NCBI GenBank assembly: GCA_002189035.1
Contig: NEEC01000464.1
Span: 1-24,151 of the forward strand
Origin: Utricularia gibba
Lineage: Eukaryota; Plantae; Magnoliophyta
DNA: 24,151 bases
Reading direction: 5' to 3'
The notes under the pieces are model-generated. The model saw nothing but the letters and a program-made list of their open reading frames with translations, had not been told where the DNA came from and did no database searches. The position numbers and the translations under genes are program-made. Shown here in pieces: positions 13,001 through 23,100 of the stretch. Numbering within the stretch: position 1 is the first letter of the stretch; every line of letters begins with the position of its first letter.

Positions 13001-15337
13001 AAGCACCCAACCAAAAACGACAAGCTTTTCCTTCAGAAAAAATGTAGGCAGCTGCCGAAAACCCAACGTTAATAAATGGATCACTTTTTTTCCGGGCTAC
13101 AAATGACTATGGGCCCGAGCCCGACCCGACCTCCGCCCGATCCTGGTGCCCCTCGAGAGCGCCTCCTCAAATATAAAGCTTGTGGATGAGAAAACCATTT
13201 GGGGTGCTCATGACATCCTAACTTCAATAAATGCATCACGATTTTCGTCGAATAGGACCCGATTGGGCTCAGGAGTCGAACCGAACCTTGGGTCCGGACG
13301 AACTTCCCAATGAAAGCACCCAACCAAAAACGACAAGCTTTTCCTTCAGAAAAAATGTAGGCAGCTGCCGAAAACCCAACGTTAATAAATGGATCACTTT
13401 TTTGGCCGGGCTACAAATGACTATGGGCCCGAGCCGACCCGACCTCCAGCCCGATCTGGTGCCCCTCGAGCGCCTCAATATAAAGCTTGTGGATGAGAAA
13501 ACCATTTGGGGTGCTCATGACATCCTAACTTCAATAAATGCATCACGATTTTCGTCGAATAGGACCCGATTGGGCTCAGGAGTCGAACCGAACCTTGGGT
13601 CCGGACGAACTTCCCAATGAAAGCACCCAACCAAAAACGACAAGCTTTTCCTTCAGAAACCATGTAGGCAGCTGCCGAAAACCCAACGTTAATAAATGGA
13701 TCACTTTTTTTGGGGCTACAAATGACTATGGGCCCGAGCCCGACCCGACCTCCGGCCCGATCCTGGTGCCCTCGAGAGCGCCTCCTCAAATAAAAAGCAT
13801 GTGGTTGAGAAAACCATTTGGGGTGCTCATGACATCCTGACTTCAATAAATGCATCACGATTTTCGTCGAATAGACCCGATTGGGCTCAGAAGTCGAACA
13901 GAACCTTGGGTCCGGATGAACATCCCAACGAAAGCACCCCCAAAAACGACAAGCTTTTCCTTCAGAAAAAGTGTAGGCAGCTGCCGAAAACCTGTAATAA
14001 ATGGATCACTTTTTTGCCGGGCTACAAATGACTATGGGCCCGAGCCCGACCCGACCTCCGGCCCGATCCTGTGCCCCTCGAGAGCGCCTCCTCAAATAAA
14101 AAAGCATATGGTTGAGAAAACCATTTGGGGTGCTCATGACATCCTAACTTCAATAAATGCATCACGATTTTCGTCGAATAGGACCCGATTGGGCTCAGGA
14201 GTCGAACCGAACCTTGGGTCCGGACGAACTTCCCAATGAAAGCACCCAAAAAAACGACAAGCTTTTCCTTGAGAAACCATGTAAGCAGCTGCCGAAAACA
14301 ACGTTAATAAATGGATCACTTTTTTTCCCGGGCTACAAATGACTATGGGCCCGAGCCCGACCCGACCTCCGGCCCGATCCTGGTGCCCCTCGAGAGCGCC
14401 TCCTCAAATATAAAGCTTGTGGATGAGAAAACCATTGGGGTGCTCATGACATCCTAACTTCAAAAAATGCATCACGATTTTCGTCGAATAGGACCCGATT
14501 GGGCTCAGGAGTCGAACCGAACCTTGGGTCCGGACGAACTTCCCAATGAAAGCACCCAACCAAAACGACAAGCTTTTCCTTCAGAAACATGTAGGCAGCT
14601 GCCGAAAACCCAACGTTAATAAATGGATCACTTTTTTTGCGGGCTACAAATGACTATGGGCCCGAGCCCGACCGACCTCCGGCCCGATCCTGGTGCCCCT
14701 CGAGAGCGCCTCCTCAAATAAAAAGCATGTGGTTGAGAAAACCATTTGGGGTGCCCATGACATCCTACTTCAATAAATGCATCACGATTTTCGTCGAATA
14801 GACCCGATTGGGCTCAGGAGTCGAACCGAACCTTGGGTCCGGAAACTTCCCAATGAAAGCACCCAACCAAAACGACAAGCTTTTCCTTCAGAAACATGTA
14901 GGCAGCTGCCGAAAACCCAACGTTAATAAATGGATAACTTTTTTGGGGCTACAAATGACTATGGGCCCGAGCCCGACCCGACCTCCGGCCCGATCCTGGT
15001 GCCCCTCGAGAGCGCCTCCTCAAATAAAAAGCATGTGGTTGAGAAAACCATTTGGGTGCTCATGACATCCTGACTTCAATAAATGCATCACGATTTTCGT
15101 CGAATAGACCCGATTGGGCTCAGGAGTCGAACAGAACCTTGGGTCCGGATGAACATCCAACGAAAGCACCACCCAAAAACGACAAGCTTTTCCTTCAGAA
15201 AAATGTAGGCAGCTGCCGAAAACCCAACGTAATAAATGGATCACTTTTTTGCCGGGCTACAAATGACTATGGGCCGAGCCCGACCCGACCTCCGGCCCGA
15301 TCCTGTGCCCCTCGAGAGCGCTCCTCAAATAAAAGCT
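10088..15337. repeat. Higher-order repeat segment (B-A-A-A tetramer, ~1.24 kb period)
   Basis: Monomers carrying GGATGAA + CAACG plus other B variants start at 10088, 11322, 12561, 13800 and 15034 (spacings 1234, 1239, 1239, 1234). All intervening monomers lack GGATGAA. Confidence 0.75.
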
Positions 15338-15770
15338 TGTGGATGAGAAAACCATTTGGGGTGCTCATGACATCCTAACTTCAATAAATGCATCACGATT
15401 TTCGTCGAATAGGACCCGATTGGGCTCAGGAGTCGAACCGAACCTTGGGTCCGGACGAACTTCCAACGAAAGCACCACCCAAAAACGACAAGCTTTTCCT
15501 TCAGAAACCATGTAGGCAGCTGCCGAAAACCCAACGTTAATAAATGGATCACTTTTTTTGCGGGCTACAAATGACTATGGGCCCGAGCCCGACCCGACCT
15601 CCGGCCCGATCCTGGTGCCCTCGAGAGCGCCTCCTCAAATAAAAAGCTGTGGTTGAGAAAACCATTTGGGGTGCCCATGACATCCTAACTTCAATAAATG
15701 CATCACGATTTTCGTCGAATAGGACCCGATCGGGCTCAGGAGTCGAACCGAACCTTGGGTCCGGAAACTT

Positions 15771-16007
15771 CCCAATGAAAGCACCAACAAAAAGACGACA
15801 AGCTTTTCCTTCAGAAACCATGTAGGCAGCTGCCGAAAACCCAACGTTAATAAATGGATCACTTTTTTTGCGGGCTACAAATGACTATCCCAATGAAAGC
15901 ACCCAACCAAAAACGACAAGCTTTTCCTTCAGAAACCATGTAGGCAGCTGCCGAAAACCCAACGTTAATAAATGGATCACTTTTTTTGCCGGGCTACAAA
16001 TGACTAT
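15771..16007. repeat. Phase break: tandem duplication of a ~119 bp monomer segment (equivalently a 196 bp deletion)
   Basis: At 15888/15889 ...ATGACTAT joins directly to CCCAATGAAAGC, so monomer positions ~126-244 occur twice (15771-15888 and 15889-16007). Monomer-start spacing here is 430 bp (15648 to 16078). Confidence 0.9.
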
Positions 16008-19000
16008 GGGCCCGAGCCCGACCGACCTCCGGCCCGATCCTGGTGCCCCTCGAGAGCGCCTCCTCAAATAAAAAGCTTGTGGATGAGAAAACCATTTGGG
16101 GTGCTCATGACATCCTAACTTCAATAAATGCATCACGATTTTTCGTCGAATAGGACCCGATTGGGCTCAGGAGTCGAACCGAACCTTGGGTCCGGACGAA
16201 CTTCCCAACGAAAGCACCCAACCAAAAACGACAAGCTTTTCCTTCAGAAACCATGTAAGCAGCTGCCGAAAACCCAACGTTAATAAATGGATCACTTTTT
16301 TTCCGGGCTACAAATGACTATGGGCCCGAGCCCGACCCGACCTCCGGCCCGATCCTGGTGCCCCTCGAGAGCGCCCTCCTCAAATATAAAGCTTGTGGAT
16401 GAGAAAACCATTTGGGGTGCTCATGACATCCTAACTTCAATAAATGCATCACGATTTTCGTCGAATAGGACCCGATTGGGCTCAGGAGTCGAACCGAACC
16501 TTGGGTCCGGACGAACTTCCCAATGAAAGCACCCAACCAAAAACGACAAGCTTTTCCTTCAGAAACCATGTAGGCAGCTGCCGAAAACCCAACGTTAATA
16601 AATGGATCACTTTTTTTTCCGGGCTACAAATGACTATGGGCCCGAGCCGACCCGACCTCCGGCCCGATCCTGGTGCCCCTCGAGAGCGCCTCCTCAAATA
16701 AAAAGCTTGTGGATGAGAAAACCATTTGGGTGCTCATGACATCCTAACTTCAATAAATGCATCACGATTTTCGTCGAATAGGACCCGATTGGGCTCAGGA
16801 GTCGAACCGAACCTTGGGTCCGGACGAACTTCCCAACGAAAGCACCCAACCAAAAACGACAAGCTTTTCCTTCAGAAACCATGTAAGCAGCTGCCGAAAA
16901 CCCAACGTTAATAAATGGATCACTTTTTTTCCCGGGCTACAAATGACTATGGGCCCGAGCCCGACCCGACCTCCGGCCCGATCCTGGTGCCCCTCGAGAG
17001 CGCCTCCTCAAATATAAAGCTTGTGGATGAGAAAACCATTTGGGGTGCTCATGACATCCTAACTTCAATAAATGCATCACGATTTTCGTCGAATAGGACC
17101 CGATTGGGCTCAGGAGTCGAACCGAACCTTGGGTCCGGACGAACTTCCCAATGAAAGCACCCAACCAAAAACGACAAGCTTTTCCTTCAGAAACCATGTA
17201 GCAGCTGCCGAAAACCCAACGTTAATAAATGGATCACTTTTTTTGCCGGGCTACAAATGACTATGGGCCCGAGCCCGACCCGACCTCCGGCCCGATCCTG
17301 GTGCCCCTCGAGAGCGCCTCCTCAAATAAAAAGCTTGTTGAGAAAACCATTTGGGGCTCATGACATCCTAACTTCAATAAATGCATCACGATTTTCGTCG
17401 AATAGGACCCGATTGGGCTCAGGAGTCGAACCGAACCTTGGGTCCGGACGAACTTCCCAACGAAAGCACCCACCAAAAACGACAAGCTTTTCCTTCAAAC
17501 CATGTAGGCAGCTGCCGAAAACCCAACGTTAATAAATGGATCACTTTTTTTGCCGGGCTACAAATGACTATGGGCCCGAGCCCGACCCGACCTCCGGCCC
17601 GATCCTGGTGCCCCTCGAGAGCGCCTCCTCAAATATAAAGCTTGTGGATGAGAAAACCATTTTGGGTGCTCATGACATCCTAACTTCAATAAATGCATCA
17701 CGATTTTCGTCGAATAGGACCCGATTGGGCTCAGGAGTCGAACCGAACCTTGGGTGGACGAACTTCCCAATGAAAGCACCCAACCAAAAACGACAAGCTT
17801 TTCCTTCAGAAACCATGTAAGCAGCTGCCGAAAACCCAACGTTAATAAATGGATCACTTTTTTTCCCGGCTACAAATGACTATGGGCCCGAGCCCGACCC
17901 GACCTCCGGCCCGATCCTGGTGCCCCTCGAGAGCGCCTCCTCAAATATAAAGCTTGTGGATGAGAAAACCATTTGGGGTGCTCATGACATCCTAACTTCA
18001 ATAAATGCATCACGATTTTCGTCGAATAGGACCCGATTGGGCTCAGGAGTCGAACCGAACCTTGGGTCCGGACGAACTTCCCAATGAAAGCACCCAACCA
18101 AAAACGACAAGCTTTTCCTTCAGAAACCATGTAGGCAGCTGCCGAAAACCCAACGTTAATAAATGGATCACTTTTTTTCCCGGGCTACAAATGACTATGG
18201 GCCCGAGCCCGACCCGACCTCCGGCCCGATCCTGGTGCCCCTCGAGAGCGCCTCCTCAAATATAAAGCTTGTGGATGAGAAAACCATTTGGGGTGCTCAT
18301 GACATCCTAACTTCAATAAATGCATCACGATTTTCGTCGAATAGGACCCGATTGGGCTCAGGAGTCGAACCGAACCTTGGGTCCGGACGAACTTCCCAAT
18401 GAAAGCACCCAACCAAAAACGACAAGCTTTTCCTTCAGAAACCATGTAAGCAGCTGCCGAAAACCCAACGTTAATAAATGGATCACTTTTTTTCCGGGCT
18501 ACAAATGACTATGGGCCCGAGCCCGACCCGACCTCCGGCCCGATCCTGGTGCCCCTCGAGAGCGCCTCCTCAAATAAAAGCATGTGGTTGAGAAAACCAT
18601 TTGGGGTGCTCATGACATCCTAACTTCAATAAATGCATCACGATTTTCGTCGAATAGGACCCGATTGGGCTCAGGAGTCGAACAGAACCTTGGGTCCGGA
18701 TGAACTTCCAACGAAAGCACCCACCCAAAAACGACAAGCTTTTCCTTCAGAAAAATGTAGGCAGCTGCCGAAAACCCAATTAATAAATGGATCACTTTTT
18801 TTGCCGGGCTACAAATGACTATGGGCCCGAGCCCGACCCGACCTCCGGCCCGATCCTGGTGCCCCTCGAGAGCGCCTCCTCAAATATAAAGCTTGTGGAT
18901 GAGAAAACCATTTGGGGTGCTCATGACATCCTAACTTCAATAAATGCATCACGATTTTCGTCGAATAGGACCCGATTGGGCTCAGGAGTCGAACCGAACC

Positions 19001-19825
19001 TTGGGTCCGGACGAACTTCCCAATGAAAGCACCCAACCAAAAACGACAAGCTTTTCCTTCAGAAACCATGTAGCAGCTGCCGAAAACCCAACGTTAATAA
19101 ATGGATCACTTTTTTTGCCGGGCTACAAATGACTATGGGCCCGAGCCCGACCCGACCTCCGGCCCGATCCTGGTGCCCCTCGAGAGCGCCTCCTCAAATA
19201 AAAAGCTTGTTGAGAAAACCATTTGGGGTGCTCATGACATCCTAACTTCAATAAATGCATCACGATTTTCGTCGAATAGGACCCGATTGGGCTCAGGAGT
19301 CGAACGAACCTTGGGTCCGGACGAACTTCCCAACGAAAGCACCCACCAAAAACGACAAGCTTTTCCTTCAGAAACATGTAGCAGCTGCCGAAAACCCAAC
19401 GTTAATAAATGGATCACTTTTTTTTGCCGGGCTACAAATGACTATGGCCCGAGCCCGACCCGACCTCCGGCCCGATCCTGGTGCCCCTCGAGAGCGCCTC
19501 CTCAAATATAAAGCTTGTGGATGAGAAAACCATTTGGGGTGCTCATGACATCCTAACTTCAATAAATGCATCACGATTTTCGTCGAATAGGACCCGATTG
19601 GGCTCAGGAGTCGAACCGAACCTTGGGTCCGGACGAACTTCCCAATGAAAGCACCCAACCAAAAACGACAAGCTTTTCCTTCAGAAACCATGTAGGCAGC
19701 TGCCGAAAACCCAACGTTAATAAATGGATCACTTTTTTTGCCGGGCTACAAATGACTATGGGCCCGAGCCCGACCCGACCTCCGGCCCGATCCTGGTGCC
19801 CCTCGAGAGCGCCTCCTCAAATATA

Positions 19826-19984
19826 AAGCTTGTGGATGAGAAAACCATTTGGGGTGCTCATGACATCCTAACTTCAATAAATGCATCACGATTTTCGTCG
19901 AATAGGACCCGATTGGGCTCAGGAGTCGAACCGAACCTTGGGTCCGGACGAACTTCCCAATGAAAGCACCCAACCAAAAACGAC
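19826..19984. repeat. Sub-repeat half 1 (159 bp) of the monomer
   Basis: Begins AAGCTT at 19826 and aligns collinearly with half 2 (shared AAGCTT, AGAAA(A)CCAT, AAC, AATAAATGnATCAC, TGGGC, CCGA, GAnAGC). Confidence 0.85.
19922..19932 (-). promoter_or_regulatory. Pol III B-box-like motif GGTTCGACTCC (present once in most type A monomers; coordinates are one example)
   Basis: The plus strand reads GGAGTCGAACC, whose reverse complement GGTTCGACTCC matches the tRNA B-box consensus GGTTCGANTCC. I found no convincing A-box or cloverleaf, and function is unproven. Confidence 0.3.
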
Positions 19985-20140
19985 AAGCTTTTCCTTCAGA
20001 AACCATGTAGGCAGCTGCCGAAAACCCAACGTTAATAAATGGATCACTTTTTTTGCCGGGCTACAAATGACTATGGGCCCGAGCCCGACCCGACCTCCGG
20101 CCCGATCCTGGTGCCCCTCGAGAGCGCCTCCTCAAATATA
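19985..20140. repeat. Sub-repeat half 2 (156 bp) of the monomer
   Basis: Begins AAGCTT at 19985. A manual alignment with half 1 gives 52/75 identical columns over the first 75 positions. Confidence 0.85.
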
Positions 20141-23100
20141 AAGCTTGTGGATGAGAAAACCATTTGGGGTGCTCATGACATCCTAACTTCAATAAATGCA
20201 TCACGATTTTCGTCGAATAGGACCCGATTGGGCTCAGGAGTCGAACCGAACCTTGGGTCCGGACGAACTTCCCAACGAAAGCACCCAACCAAAAACGACA
20301 AGCTTTTCCTTCAGAAACCATGTAAGCAGCTGCCGAAAACCCAACGTTAATAAATGGATCACTTTTTTTGCCGGGCTACAAATGACTATGGCCGAGCCCG
20401 ACCCGACCTCCGGCCCGATCCTGGTGCCCCTCGAGAGCGCCTCCTCAAATATAAAGCTTGTGGATGAGAAAACCATTTGGGGTGCTCATGACATCCTAAC
20501 TTCAATAAATGCATCACGATTTTCGTCGAATAGGACCCGATTGGGCTCAGGAGTCGAACCGAACCTTGGGTCCGGACGAACTTCCCAATGAAAGCACCCA
20601 ACCAAAAAACGACAAGCTTTTCCTTCAGAAACCATGTAGGCAGCTGCCGAAAACCCAACGTTAATAAATGGATCACTTTTTTTGCCGGGCTACAAATGAC
20701 TATGGGCCCGAGCCCGACCCGACCTCCGGCCCGATCCTGGTGCCCCTCGAGAGCGCCTCCTCAAATAAAAGCTTGTGGATGAGAAAACCATTTGGGTGCT
20801 CATGACATCCTAACTTCAATAAATGCATCACGATTTTCGTCGAATAGGACCCGATTGGGCTCAGGAGTCGAACCGAACCTTGGGTCCGGACGAACTTCCC
20901 AACGAAAGCACCCAACCAAAAACGACAAGCTTTTCCTTCAGAAACCATGTAGCAGCTGCCGAAAACCCAACGTTAATAAATGGATCACTTTTTTTGCCGG
21001 GCTACAAATGACTATGGGCCCGAGCCCGACCCGACCTCCGGCCCGATCCTGGTGCCCCTCGAGAGCGCCTCCTCAAATATAAAGCTTGTGGATGAGAAAA
21101 CCATTTGGGGTGCTCATGACATCCTAACTTCAATAAATGCATCACGATTTTCGTCGAATAGGACCCGATTGGGCTCAGGAGTCGAACCGAACCTTGGGTC
21201 CGGACGAACTTCCCAATGAAAGCACCCAACCAAAAACGACAAGCTTTTCCTTCAGAAACCATGTAGCAGCTGCCGAAAACCCAACGTTAATAAATGGATC
21301 ACTTTTTTTCCGGGCTACAAATGACTATGGGCCCGAGCCCGACCGACCTCCGGCCCGATCCTGGTGCCCCTCGAGAGCGCCTCCTCAAATAAAAAGCTTG
21401 TTTGAGAAAACCATTTGGGGTGCTCATGACATCCTAACTTCAATAAATGCATCACGATTTTCGTCGAATAGGACCCGATTGGGCTCAGGAGTCGAACGAA
21501 CCTTGGGTCCGGATGAACTTCCCAACGAAAGCACCCACCAAAAACGACAAGCTTTTCCTTCAGAAAAATGTAGGCAGCTGCCGAAAACCCAACGTTAATA
21601 AATGGATCACTTTTTTTGCCGGGCTACAAATGACTATGGGCCCGAGCCCGACCCGACCTCCGGCCCGATCCTGGTGCCCCTCGAGAGCGCCTCCTCAAAT
21701 ATAAAGCTTGTGGATGAGAAAACCATTTGGGGTGCTCATGACATCCTAACTTCAATAAATGCATCACGATTTTCGTCGAATAGGACCCGATTGGGCTCAG
21801 GAGTCGAACCGAACCTTGGGTCCGGACGAACTTCCCAATGAAAGCACCCAACCAAAAACGACAAGCTTTTCCTTCAGAAACCATGTAGGCAGCTGCCGAA
21901 AACCCAACGTTAATAAATGGATCACTTTTTTTGCGGGCTACAAATGACTATGGGCCCGAGCCCGACCCGACCTCCGGCCCGATCCTGGTGCCCCTCGAGA
22001 GCGCCTCCTCAAATAAAAAGCTTATGAGAAAACCATTTGGGGTGCTCATGACATCCTAACTTCAATAAATGCATCACGATTTTCGTCGAATAGGACCCGA
22101 TTGGGCTCAGGAGTCGAACCGAACCTTGGGTCCGGACGAACTTCCCAACGAAAGCACCCACCCAAAAACGACAAGCTTTTCCTTCAGAAACCATGTAGGC
22201 AGCTGCCGAAAACCCAACGTTAATAAATGGATCACTTTTTTTTGCCGGGCTACAAATGACTATGGGCCCGAGCCCGACCCGACCTCCGGCCCGATCCTGG
22301 TGCCCCTCGAGAGCGCCTCCTCAAATATAAAGCTTGTGGATGAGAAAACCATTTGGGGTGCTCATGACATCCTAACTTCAATAAATGCATCACGATTTTC
22401 GTCGAATAGGACCCGATTGGGCTCAGGAGTCGAACCGAACCTTGGGTCCGGACGAACTTCCCAACGAAAGCACCCAACCAAAAACGACAAGCTTTTCCTT
22501 CAGAAACCATGTAGGCAGCTGCCGAAAACCCAACGTTAATAAATGGATCACTTTTTTTGCCGGGCTACAAATGACTATGGGCCCGAGCCCGACCCGACCT
22601 CCGGCCCGATCCTGGTGCCCCTCGAGAGCGCCTCCTCAAATAAAAGCTTGTGGATGAGAAAACCATTTGGGGTGCTCATGACATCCTAACTTCAATAAAT
22701 GCATCACGATTTTCGTCGAATAGGACCCGATTGGGCTCAGGAGTCGAACCGAACCTTGGGTCCGGACGAACTTCCCAATGAAAGCACCCAACCAAAAACG
22801 ACAAGCTTTTCCTTCAGAAACCATGTAAGCAGCTGCCGAAAACCCAACGTTAATAAATGGATCACTTTTTTCCCGGGCTACAAATGACTATGGGCCCGAG
22901 CCCGACCCGACCTCCGGCCCGATCCTGGTGCCCCTCGAGAGCGCCTCCTCAAATAAAAAGCTTGTGGTTGAGAAAACCATTTGGGGTGCTCATGACATCC
23001 TAACTTCAATAAATGCATCACGATTTTCGTCGAATAGGACCCGATTGGGCTCAGGTCGAACGAACCTTGGGTCCGGATGAACTTCCCAACGAAAGCACCC

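Larger units (their letters stand above)
19831..20145. repeat. Representative consensus (type A) monomer, 315 bp
   Basis: The flanking type A copies read essentially the same. Hand count gives G=69 and C=90 (50.5% GC) and 19 CpG. It contains 2x HindIII (one spanning the monomer boundary), XhoI, ApaI, PvuII, NsiI, BspEI and BspHI sites. Confidence 0.92.

Noticed and set aside
1-15600. Scattered single-base deletions as biological monomer-length polymorphism
   Set aside because: They are concentrated in homopolymers (CCC, GGG, AAAA, TTTT) and biased towards deletion, the usual long-read error signature, so they were not interpreted individually.
19890-19915. CENP-B box or yeast CDEI motif (TTTCGTCGAATAGG; ATCACG)
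   Set aside because: The essential CGGG of TTCGnnnnAnnCGGG is missing on both strands, and ATCACGAT does not match RTCACRTG.
20010-20019. 10 bp palindrome GGCAGCTGCC and about nine 6-bp restriction palindromes per monomer
   Set aside because: About five 6-bp palindromes are expected by chance in 315 bp, and no long hairpin or terminal inverted repeat was seen.
20048-20054. T7 tract as an intrinsic or Pol III terminator
   Set aside because: There is no adjacent strong hairpin and no upstream gene, and it lies on the opposite strand from the B-box. Its length variation looks like homopolymer error.
19831-20145. 5S rDNA or tRNA gene tandem unit
   Set aside because: No 5S coding sequence is recognisable. 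Apart from the isolated B-box there is no A-box, cloverleaf or acceptor stem.
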